Of a DNA stretch of 64,000 nt, positions 52,896 to 64,000 are shown piece by piece. Made by a program: the position numbers and the translations under genes. Under the pieces are notes generated by a model. That model was not told the origin of the DNA, made no database searches, and was given only the letters and a program-made list of their open reading frames with translations. How positions within the stretch are numbered: position 1 is the stretch's first letter; every line of letters starts with the position of its first letter. Where the stretch lies: NCBI RefSeq assembly GCF_036321535.1, contig NC_087437.1:67644001-67708000 (forward strand), given 5' to 3'. The DNA comes from Camelus dromedarius (lineage: Eukaryota).

Positions 52896-54324
52896 GATAT
52901 TAAAAACTGATAATAATCAAAACAACATGGCTTTGGCAGAAAAACAAACACATAGATCAATGGAATAGAACTGAGAACCCAGAAGTAAATCCACACATAT
53001 ATGGACAATTTATGTCATAAGAGCAAGGAACATACAATGGAAAGAGGATAGTCTCATCAGTAAATGGTGCTGGGAAAACCGGACATGGAAAAGAATGAAA
53101 CTAGATCCCTGTCTCACACCACATACAAAAATCAATTCAAAATGCATTGAAGCCTTGAATGTTACGCCTGAAACCATAAAACTCATAGAAGAAAACATAA
53201 GCATAATGGTCTTTGACATTGGTCTTAGCAATGTCTTTTTAGGAATATCTGTGAGGCATGGGAAACAAAAGTGAAAATAAACAAATGGGACTACATCAAA
53301 CTAAAAAGCTCTGCACAGCAAAGGAAACCATCAACCAAATGAAAAGACAATCTACCAAATAGAAGATATTTGCAAATCATATATCTGACAAGGGGTTAAT
53401 ATCCAAAATATATAAAGAATTTATGCAACTCAACAATAAAAAAAAAAAAACCTGATTAAAAGATGGGTAGAGAAACTGAATAGACATTTTCTCAAAGAAG
53501 ACTTATAGATGGCCAATAGGAACATGAAATACGTTCACCATTACTAATTATTAGGGACATGCAAATGAAAACCACAGTGAGCTATCCCTTCATGCCAGTT
53601 AGAATGACTATTATCAAAAAGGCCAAAATAACAAATATTGGAAAGAATGTGAAGAAAAAGTAACCCTCTTACACTGTTCGTGGTAATGTAAATTGATATA
53701 GCCACTATGGAAAACAGAATGGAGGTTCCTACATTAAACATTAAAAAAAAAAAGTATTATCCAGCTGTTTCACTTCTGGATTTTTGTGAATAATACAGAA
53801 CACTACTTTGAAAAGATATATGGACCCCTATGTTCATTACAGCATTATTTATGGTAGTTAAGATAAACAAACAACTTTAGTGCTCATCAATAAGTGAATG
53901 GATAAATAAGATGCAGTGTGTAAATATATACAATGGAATACTACTCAGATTAAAAAATATAAAACTTGACATTTGTAACAGCATGGGTGGGCCTTGAGGG
54001 TAATATGCTAAACGAAATAGGCCAGATAGAAAGACAAATGTCATATGATTTATTCATATGTGGAATATAAAAAGAATCCAAAATAAGTGAACAAACCAAA
54101 TTAAACAAAAACAAACACATAGATACAGAGGACAGAGTAGTAGTTACCAGAGGAGAAGAGGGTAGAGGACTGTGAAATGAGTAAAAGGGATCAACTTTAT
54201 GGTGATGTATGGAAACAACTTTTGGTGGTGAGCATATTTTAGTGTATACAGAAGTCAAAATATAATGTACACATGAAACATATAATGTTACAAACCAATG
54301 TTACTTCAATAAATTAAAAAAAAT
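52896..54324 (+). mobile_element. 5'-truncated younger laurasiatherian L1 with A-tail and TSD
   Basis: ORF2 C-terminal part and 3'UTR ending accaatgttacttcaataaattaaaaaaaat. Flanked by aaaaatcaat at 52886-52895 and 54325-54334. Confidence 0.9.
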
Positions 54325-54504
54325 AAAAATCAATAGAATCAAAAATTTGTCGTTTGAGGTCAATAATCAAAGAGGACAGAAAACTCTAATAAGACTGACC
54401 AGAAAAAGGAGAGAATGCATTCCAATAACAAGAAAGAGAGGTAACACTCGTATAGATTGCTTAGATATTTAAAAAAGTAATTATGGAGTACTATAAACAA
54501 TATA

Positions 54505-54851
54505 CAGTAGGCCCTCTGTATCCATGGGTCCTGAATCCATGGATTCAACCCACTATAGATTGAAAATATGTTTTTAATGTTCTAGAAAGTTCCAAAAAAG
54601 CAAACTTGAATTTGCTGAGCTTTAAAAATATTTATGTAGCATTGTATTGTATATATAGCTATTTACACAGTCTATACATTGTATGAAGTATTATAATCAA
54701 TCTTGAGATGATTTAAAGTATACAGGATGATGTGCATAGGTTATATGCAGATACTGTATTATTTACCATATAAGAGACTTGAGCATCCACAGATTTTGGT
54801 ATCCATAGAGGCTCTTGAAACTAGTCCCTCCTGGGTACTGAGGGATGGCTG
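54505..54851 (-). mobile_element. MER2-like TcMar-Tigger MITE with TA TSD
   Basis: ta|cagtaggccctctgtatccatggg ... cctgggtactgagggatggctg|ta: imperfect TIRs and TA on both flanks. Confidence 0.92.
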
Positions 54852-56024
54852 TATGTCAATAAAGTCAACAACTTAGATGAATTGAACAAAATTACTGAAA
54901 AAACACATCTACTATAGATCACAAAGGAGTGAACAGGTAACTTGAATGCGCCTATATTTATTAAAGACATTTAATTTGTAGTTAAAAACTTTCCAAAATG
55001 GAAAACTTCAAGCCCACAGGTTCCACTGGTGAATTCTACTAAATATTTAAGAAAAACATAAAACCAATCTTGCACAAGCTCTTCTAAAAAGTAGAAGAAA
55101 ATATCTCACTTATTTTATGAAGCCGACATTACCCTGACATTAAAACCAGTCACAAGACATTACAGGTAAACAAAACTACAGAACAACAATCCTCATGTAG
55201 ATATTCCCAAAAATTCCTGACAAGATTTGAGCAAAAAACAAACAAAGAATATGTAAAATAGGTAAGACATTATGAGCAAATGGGGTTTATTGAAAGAATG
55301 CAAATTTGATTCAACATTAGAAAACTATTTAAAAAATCGCATTAAAAAAGCGTATGATTATCTCAGTGGAAGCAAATAAGTATTTGAAAAATTTAACATT
55401 TATTCATTATAAAAACACTTATCAAACAGGACACAGAAGAGGATTTTTTTCACCATGGTGAAGAGACAACAAAAAACAATGAAATATCAGTGTACTTCAC
55501 ATGAAAGATTGTACTTTCCTTTTAGGATGGAGAAAAAAGGAGAAAAAAAAATCTGTTCTTCATTTTTCTGTTTGACATTGTAATAGAGGTCCTCTTTAGA
55601 ACAATGAGTCAAGAAAAGAAAATAACTGTTACCCATATTGGAAAGCAAGGAATAAAATAGTATTCATTTGCATATGATATATTTATCTATGTATAAAATC
55701 CTAAATAATGTATTTAGAGAAAGGTACTAGTAATGAGTGACTTTAACAAGGTTAATATTTTGCAAGATGAATATGGAAAAATCAGTTGTATTTCTCTATG
55801 CTGGCAATAAACAATTGAAATTTTAAAAATTATACTAGCTTCAAAAATATTAAATAGTTTAAGATAAATTTTATAAAACTACATTTCTGAACTAAATTAA
55901 AGAAGACTAAATAAATGGAGTTATATACAGTATTTATTCATCAGAAGAGTCTGTATTGTTCAGGTATCATTTTTCCCCAAATTGATGTATATTTCAGGGA
56001 GACATTATAAAAACACGGCAGATT

Positions 56025-59000
56025 TTAATACTCTTATTGAGATATTTGTCATATCATACAATTCATTCAATTAAAGTGTACAAGTCAAAGGTTTTTACTA
56101 TATTCATAGACTTGTGTAACTGTCACCAAGATAAATGTTACAGCATTTTTATCACCACAGAAAGAAATCTGTACCCATTAGCAGTCACTCACCATTCTCA
56201 CCATCCCTGTCCCTAGGAAACCACTAATATGCTTCCTGTCTCTATAGATTTGACTCTTCTGGGCATTTCATGTAAGTGAAGTCATATAATTTGTGGTCTT
56301 TTGTGACTGGCTTATTTAACTTAGCAGAACATTTTCAAGTTTCATCTGTATTGTAGCATGTATCAATATTTCATTCTTTTCATTGCCTAATGTCTGCTGG
56401 CCAAGTTGGTTTATAGTGCTATCTAAGTCTATTTCCTATCCTTTAAATAATAGTTATATTTATTACTTAACAATAGATATTGAAATCACTTATCATTTAA
56501 TTGTTTATTCTGCATTTCAGTTCTGTCAGTTTTAGCTTCATGTGTTTGGGGCTCTTTTGTTAGATGCACTTATGTTTATAATTAGTGTATCTTCCTGATG
56601 ATTGGATATTTTATTATTATAGCATTTCTCTCTTTGTCTCTAGTAACCATTTTTTTCTTCAGATCTAATTTGTCTGATATTAGTATAGATATTACAGCGT
56701 ATGTTTGGTAGTTGTTGGCATAGTACATAATTTCCCATATATTCACTTTCACTCTATTTCGGTCTTTAAGTCTAAATTGTGTCTCTTGAAGACAGCTGAT
56801 AGAGGGATTTTTTTAATCCATTCTACCATTCTCCACCTTTTGATCTGAGATTTTAATCCATTTACTTTTAGTTTAATTAAAGATAAAAGGTAGGATTTAC
56901 ATCTGCCATTTGCTGCTTGTTTTCTATATAGCCTATGTCTTTTTGTTCCTCCCTTCCTCCTTACTGTCTTGTTTTGCATTTGGGTGTTTTCTAGTATACC
57001 GTTTAATTCCCTTCTCATGTTCTCTTTTTGTTGTAGTTATTTTATTAGTGGTGTCTCTGGAGATTAAAATTATTATCTTAAAACAATGTAGTTTGGATTA
57101 ATGTCCATTTAATTTCAATAGTATACAACAGTTTTACTTCAGTATATATTTATTACCTGACCCCTCCTTTATAACATTATTGTCATCCTGATTACATATG
57201 TATATATTATAAACCCATCAACATAGCTTTGTAATCCTTGCTTTATGCAATTATGTTTTAAATAAAATGGTAAAATAAAAGTTATAAAATATATTTATAC
57301 AGTCTTCTGTATATATACCTAGGTATATCTGAATGTGTATATTGTAATTTGACAGTTTGAGTGCAGGTTCTTTTGTTTTCCTCACAAAGTCACACTTATT
57401 TACTGACAGACAAAGAAACAGGGATAGATTTGCTCATTAGGGATCCCCAGGGTTTGGAGTTCAAAAGAGGTAATTGTGTCTGGTGTGTTCATGGGTATAG
57501 TGTGGGACATGCAGGCAGGGGAGTCTCTACCAAACTCTATGTATAACTTTTATCTTTCACCAAGTCATCTTAACACATGTATTAGGGTAAGGAAGAGGTT
57601 CCTAACCAGCATCAGGGGGCCTGAGGACTGGCAATGGAGAGGGAGTTGTGGTTCAGTCTATGTGTGGACTTATTTTAATTTGTATTACTTGGGGTTTATA
57701 AAACATCTTAGATGTGTAGATTAATGTTTTTCATCAGTCTGGGGAAGTTTTTAGACACATTTTTTTCAAATATTACTTCTACCTCTTTCTCTCATCTCCT
57801 CTGGGACATTTATTATGCAGTTGTTAGTACAACTTGACGGTACACCATAGGTCTCAGAGGTACTATTCACTTTCATTTTCATTTTTTTTTTCTGTTCAAC
57901 AATACCAATTTTTCTCTCTTCAAGTTTGCTGATTATTCTGCCAGTTCAACTCTAGAGCCCCTCTAATGAAGTTTTCATTGACGTTATTGTTCTTTTCAGT
58001 TCAAGAATTTCTATTTGGTTCTTTTTTATTTCATAATTTAATTACACACATTTAAAATCACATCATGTAAAATAATGTTTAGAATTTTTGCACTTTTTCT
58101 TTTTACAGTTCAAAACAGTGATAGTATTCTACCTACTCATATATCGTCCATGCAAGTTTCTTCATCCATTAGTTTTTGAGTCATCTTGTACGATTTTCAA
58201 AGAATTATGATTTTTTTATAAAATTTCTATCTCTTTGTTGATAGTCTCTCTTATCAATGATGAGAATCATTGTCATATCTTTCTTTAATTCTTCAGACAT
58301 GCTTGTCCTAGTTCTTTTTTTTTTTCTGTATCTAATCCTTTAGGTTCATTTTTTAATTTTTTTTATTTTTTTAACATTTTTTATTGATTTATAATCATTT
58401 TACAATGTTGTGTTTGTCCTAGTTCTTTGAATAAACTTATACTAGCTGATTTAAGTCTATGTCTAGTGAGCTCAACATCTAGATCATCTTAGGAATAGTT
58501 TCTACTGAATGAATTTATTTCTGCATATGGGCAATACTTCCATATTTCTTGTAAATTTTTGTTAAAAGTGAATATTTGGGATGGTATAATACGGTAACTC
58601 TAAAAATTTCTTTCTCCCTCTCCCTCAGAGTTGTTGTTGTTGTTACCATTTATTTGTTTAGTGACTTTTCCTGAACTAATTCTATAAAGTCTTTATTTCC
58701 AATAGTGTGCTGCCACTGAAATCTCTGCTTGCTTAATTTACTGGTCAGCTAATGACTGATCAGAGATTTCTTTAAATGCCTTTAGCCAGTAAATCTTTCA
58801 TCCTTTACAAAGGGTTTCTGAATGTGGGCTAAGATACGCGTTCAGTGCACAGGCTGTTCACAACTCTGCCTTATCCTTAGCTTCCTGTTTGTATAGTGCT
58901 TCAATTTCAGCCATATCTGCGAGATTGGGGTGCTCACAGGTCTTTCTTGGGCATGTGCACAGCCTCGCACATACACACAGAATTTATTGCTACAGAAATA

Positions 59001-59655
59001 TGTTAGGAATTTCTGGAGTTTCCTATGGACATTTTGTTCCTCAAATCTCCCTTTTAATTTTTTGTTAGGATCGTATTTACCTCAGTGACCTTACAGACTT
59101 CAGAGGCTGCAATGATAAACAATTACCATTGATGTTTTTTCAACAAAGGCCACAGGGATTGAAATAGATACCTCTGAGTTAGATTAAATTGTGACAGAGT
59201 CCTGTAAATCAAGTTTTTCTAGATATATCAAAGTGGTACAAATCTAATAGTAGTAACTGTATGGAAAAGGGACTTTTTAAAGAACTGAAACCCTTATCTG
59301 TTCTCTCTGGTTTTTCTAACTCTCCTGGTTTTCACTGCAGTTGTGGTTATAAGGCTACTTAGTTTCAAGACTACCATCAAGTCTTTAAATTAGATTAATA
59401 GTGAGTATCTTTGGAGAGGGGAATGGGAGTAGGTCAAGCATCAAAGCCCAAATGCCTGCTTTTGTTATCAAGGTACAGCAGTTTTTGTTTTGTTTTAACA
59501 AACACTCCTCTCATTATCAAAAACTTATGCATAGTTTCAAGAGTCCTGAGAAAGTTGATTTTGACATTTTTTTCCCAGAATTTTTGTTGATTTTATGGAG
59601 TGAAATATTCACAGAGGTTATCAACTTGTCTGTTGGAAAGCTCTATCCTGCCATC
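56025..59655 (-). mobile_element. L1MB-like element with most of ORF2 deleted, nested in the host L1
   Basis: L1MB 3' end at 56025-56390 joins directly to the EN region (KLKVNGLKSQIKRWRMVEWIKK, ORF 56749-57018), followed by ORF1 and 5' region remnants. Confidence 0.8.
58303..58428 (-). mobile_element. Very short young L1 insertion with perfect 15-bp TSD
   Basis: ttgtcctagttcttt at 58303-58317 and 58414-58428 flanks poly-T, a unique ~23-nt segment, a T-rich tract and an L1 terminus (ttaacattttttattgatttataatcattttacaatgttgtgt). Confidence 0.9.
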
Positions 59656-61309
59656 CAACTTTTTAAAATAGAAGTAGAAAATTGATTCTAAACTTCATTT
59701 GGAAATGCAAAGGATGTTGAACAGCCAAAAAATTTGAGTAAGAACAGCAAAACTGGAGAACTTAGAAACCCCAAATGTAAAATTTATAATAAAGTAATAG
59801 TAATGGAGGCTATGTGATATTGGTATCAAAATAGACAAATAGATTAATGACACAGAATGGAGAGTTAATAAAAGAAGCTCACACATATATAAACAACTGA
59901 TTTTTGACAAATTTGCCGAGTCATTTTAATGTAGAAAAGGTAGTATTTTCAACATTGGTTATTTGTGTGCAAAAACAAAAACTTGTAAGGTCTTTGATAC
60001 ATACCTTACCCTGTATTAAAAAAAAAAAGCTAACAGAAAAAACATCTTGGACCTAAATATAAAACCTAAAGCTAGAGACTAAGAAAAATATGTAGGAAAA
60101 CTTTTGTGATTTGTGTTTAGGGGAAGATTTCTTAGATATGATATCAAAAGCATAATCCATAAAAGTAGAGATTAGAAAATTGAACTTCATACAAATTAAA
60201 AACTTTATTGCTGAAACATACTATTAAAATAAGGAAAAGATAAACCACAGCTTGGAAGAAAATTTTTGCAATTATATATATTATAAAGTATTTATATCCA
60301 GAATATACAAAGAACTCTTAAAACTAAAATAACTCAATAAAAATTTATTAAACGAAATAACTCAATAAAAAATTTATTAAAACAGATGTTTCATTATTAG
60401 ATAAGTGAAAGTGAAAAGTATAGTATAATACCACTTCATTATTATAATCGCTAAAAGCAAAAAGACCAATTAATTTGCAAGTATTTGGAGACACTGGAAC
60501 TCTCATAGGATGTTGGTCAGAATGTAGAAGAGTACAACCACTTTGGAAAACATTTCAGCTGTTTTTTTCTTTTTTAGTTAAACATACATCCACGATATGA
60601 TCTAGCCATTTCACTCCAGATATTTACCCAAGAGAAATGACAGAATATGTCCATAAATAAACTTGTACATGAATATTCATAGCAGCTTTTTTAACAATAG
60701 CCTTAACCTGGAAACAACTAAGTTTCTATCAGCAGGTGAATGGATATAATGTAATAGTATTCAACAATAAATAGAAAGGAAATATTGATACATAAATCAA
60801 AAGGGATGAATCTCAAAGCAATCACATTTAATGAAAGACACTAGACCAAAAAAATGATCTATTAAATGGTCCTATGAATGTTAAATTCTAGAAAATACAA
60901 GCTAATCTATATTAACAGAAAGCAGATTAATGCTTATATCGGACAGTGTGGAGGAAAAGTGGGTGAAAGAGACAGGAGAATAAATTACAAAGGACACGAG
61001 AAAAATTTTGGGAGTGATCTATAGTTTCATTATCTTAACTATGGTGATGGTTTTATTGGAGTACATAAGTCAAAACATCAATTTGTATATTCCAAATAAG
61101 TACAATTTGTTATATGTCAATTATATTTCCAATAAAGTTGCTTAAAATAATCTCAGCCATTTTGATAACTGACATAGTTTTTTTAGGTAGGTGATAAAAC
61201 AGTATCCTTGGATTAGAGAAAAAGTATACAGTATCTTTAGTTATAGTGGAAATGAAATTTAAAACCACAGTTACAGAAAGACAACTCCCAAACTCCAGTA
61301 ATTGCAGCA

Positions 61310-64000
61310 TTATGATCTCTGCAGACACTCCCCATGGTGAAACAGAAAAAGTTACGATGAAAACATAACTGGAAAAATTGTGTTTTTTTTTTTTAAACAA
61401 TTTAGTCTCTGGAAATTGTCCTAAGGGCACAGAACAAATGAAGAAATATTTTTTCAAGAAAATCTACTAAATATAAGTAAGAACAGTGAAGATTGGTGGC
61501 ATGTAAACCACAACTACTTCTCCCTACCCCACCAATGCCCACCCCCAGCCCAATATTATGAGAGCTCCATTCTGAGCAGGCTTGGTCAAGAAGTCTGAGC
61601 TCCCTCCTTTAAAGCTCCCAGCCAAGGGTTATGGTATCTTCCCAGGAGGGGCAGGCCATCAGTATTTCTCGTCTTCACCAACTTCATGTTGCAGAAACTA
61701 AATCATAGTGAAAGTAACCTAGGAAGCCCCAACTCATGAGGTAGAATTCAGATATTCTACCCCAGAATACTGGACCTTCTGTAGCCCTTGCCCAAGCTTG
61801 CTTCTAAGGTGGAGTTTCCAGACAGAAGATTCAAACCAAGAAGACCAGCGGTGATTACTCTCTCCCAGGACTGTATTTGTTAATATAGGAATGTTACTCT
61901 GGGAGAAATGGGCCACTGTGCCTGCCCCAACTCTAGAGCAGTGGCTCAGAGATTTTGCCCAGGGGGAGAGGCCATTCATAAGAACAGAGAGCTCTGAAGA
62001 TCTCCCCAAAGAAATATCTTTCTGTGGAACAAAGTGCAGGGATATTTAAGCTTAAAGATGCTCTCAGAAACATTGGAGATTTCGGTAGTAAAAAATCTAG
62101 AGGCAGGTGGTGGCTTCATGAGAACCACAACTAAACCATAGTGCAGCTTGTTTACTAGAGAGAACCATGGCGAGAGAGGGCTACGAGTACCCTTCTTTAG
62201 GATCAGGACAGATCTCAAAGACTGGCCTGAAAAATTGTCCCTGTAAAGGCACCCAGATTTACTTAGATCGGGTTGTGGAATGTTTATGCCCCAGGGAATT
62301 ATTGAAACAATAGAGCAATCAGCTGGAAACTAACAGAGCTCTTTTATCTTAGGTTGACTGTGTATATGGTCAAGGCTGCTCCCTTTGAGGAGTGACGCTT
62401 GAGGCCTGGCAGCGCAGGAGAAATAGACTTAAGTCCGACGAAGTCACTACACATATAAAAATAAAACAGCAACAGCAACATATCATGGGAGTTTGCTGTA
62501 TCCAGAGGTGCTATGTTATCTAAAATGTTCAGTTTTCAACAAGAAATAATGATACGCAAATAAACAGGAAAGAGGGATAAGCAGAAAAATGAAAGTAGGC
62601 AACAGAAACTGCTGGTGAAAGGACCCAGATTTGGACTTAACAGATAAGAAAAATTAAAGCTGTCATTATAAATATGTTTAAAGAACTAAAGAAAATTGTG
62701 TTTAAAGAAGTAAAAGATTGTATGATGACAATGTTTCATTTAACAGAAAATATCAATAAAGAGATACAATTACTAAATTATTTTTAGAAAGAAATCCAAG
62801 TGAAAATTGGAAAGTACCCTAACTGAAATAAAAAATTCTCTAGAGGAGATGAACATTAGATTTAAATGGCAGAATAAAGAGTAGGGGAACTTGAAGACAG
62901 ATCAATAGAGATTATAGAATACAAAAAATTGAGAGGAAAAAGAATGAGCAAAAACTAACAGAGCCTTGGAAAATATGAGACACCATTAAATACATCAACA
63001 CATGTGTAACAAGAGTGCCAGAAGAGGAGAAAGAGAAAAGAACAGAAAAGAGCAGAATAATTATTTGAAGAAATGACATCTGGAATCTTTTTGAACTTGT
63101 GATAAATATTAATTTACACATCCAGGACGCTCAATGAACTCCAAGTAGGATATAGACAAAAAGATCCTCATGGAGATACTTTATAATAAAAATGTTGAAA
63201 GACAAAGACAAAGAGAATATTTTTAATATTTTGAAAGCAAGAACTTATCATGTTGCTTGTCATGTAATATTAACAGATTTCTTACCGGAAACAATGGAGA
63301 AGAGAGTAGGGTAATGTATTCAAAGTGCTGAAATTGCAAAAAAAGACAGAAAAATAAACCAAAAATGCTCAACCAATAATCTAATATCCAGCAAAACTGT
63401 CAAAAATGAAGGTGAAATTAGGACTTTCCCAAGTAAATTTTTTAAAAAGCAGTTTATTTTAAAGAGATCTACCTTATAAGAAACACCAAAACTAGTTTTT
63501 GGTCTAAAAGCAAATGACTCCAGACTTTAATTTGAATCTACATAAAAAAATAAAGAACATCAATAAAGGCAATTATATGATAGCATAAATGTATGGTTTT
63601 CCTTTTCTTTCCTTAACGCATTTTAAAAATCAATTATATAAGACCATATTTATATTTTTAAATAATTAATGAATAATATCATTACAGATATATTTAACAA
63701 TAATGGCACAAAGAGTAGGAGCAAAGCTGTATTTGAGTAAGGAAATGACACCACATGGTAACTTTAATCCACAGGGACAAATTAAGGGAACCAGAAAAAG
63801 TAATTTAAAAGGTTAATATAATAAACACTATAATTACATACTCTCTTTTCTTTTTCTCTCAAGTTCTTTAAAAAACATAATTATATAAAGTAATCATTAT
63901 AACTAATATTGTTGTGTTAGTAATGTACATTGATATTATATATATAAATGAATAGCACAAAAGGAAGAGAGAATATAGCTATATAGAATTATTATTTTTA
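61310..64000 (+). mobile_element. Old L1 (L1M4/MD-type) 5'UTR, ORF1 and inter-ORF region, running off the window
   Basis: tctctggaaattgtcctaagggcac...aagaaaatctactaaa is a 5' signature. Decayed ORF1 at ~62600-63500 (gaacttgaagacagatcaatagagatta; gctcaatgaactccaagtaggata). Confidence 0.85.

Larger units (their letters stand above)
48850..61146 (+). mobile_element. Old host L1 (L1M4/MC/ME-type) ORF2 and 3'UTR, in five pieces separated by nested insertions
   Basis: Colinear ORF2 pieces at 48850-50236, 52735-52895, 54335-54504, 54852-56024 and 59656-61146. It ends tgtcaattatatttccaataaagttgcttaaaa. Confidence 0.8.

Noticed and set aside
1..64000. ORF-track entries as protein-coding genes
   Set aside because: All are 145 aa or shorter, many start at non-ATG codons, and none has a recognisable domain except decayed L1 ORF2 pieces. 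This is expected noise in mammalian non-coding DNA.
63490..64000. Diverged direct repeat after ORF1 in the last L1
   Set aside because: As I recall, this is a built-in feature of the inter-ORF region of old L1M subfamilies, not a locus-specific structure.
1..64000. CRISPR arrays, tRNA/rRNA, NUMT or non-retroviral endogenous viral element
   Set aside because: No regularly spaced repeats, structural RNA signatures, or mitochondrial/viral protein motifs were seen. Short or decayed copies cannot be excluded without a search.

Overview
AT-rich, CpG-depleted mammalian nuclear DNA, either intronic or intergenic. I found no credible protein-coding gene, RNA gene, CRISPR array or prokaryote-type system. 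The ORF track is almost entirely noise or decayed L1/LTR frames. Positions ~1-39 kb are unique sequence interspersed with ancient repeats: MIR, L2, MER5A, MER20, MLT1, an LTR33/ERVL provirus and an LTR16 remnant. This part also has several candidate regulatory sites and a well-preserved MER121-like ancient conserved repeat at ~38.6-38.9 kb. From ~39.1 kb to the end the window is an almost continuous nested pile of L1s, a two-LTR MaLR provirus, MER21C and MER2. The youngest L1 3' ends and the absence of lineage-specific SINEs suggest a cetartiodactyl, probably a camelid (inference). The best second-look items are the MER121 palindrome, a tiny young L1 insertion with a perfect 15-bp TSD and an apparent 3' transduction, a twin-primed inverted L1, two unexplained inserts inside an old L1, a CTCF site with its upstream module, and two candidate minus-strand exons. 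All repeat family names come from recalled consensus sequences, not from a search, and boundaries of old repeats are approximate. I see no evidence of a novel biological system.
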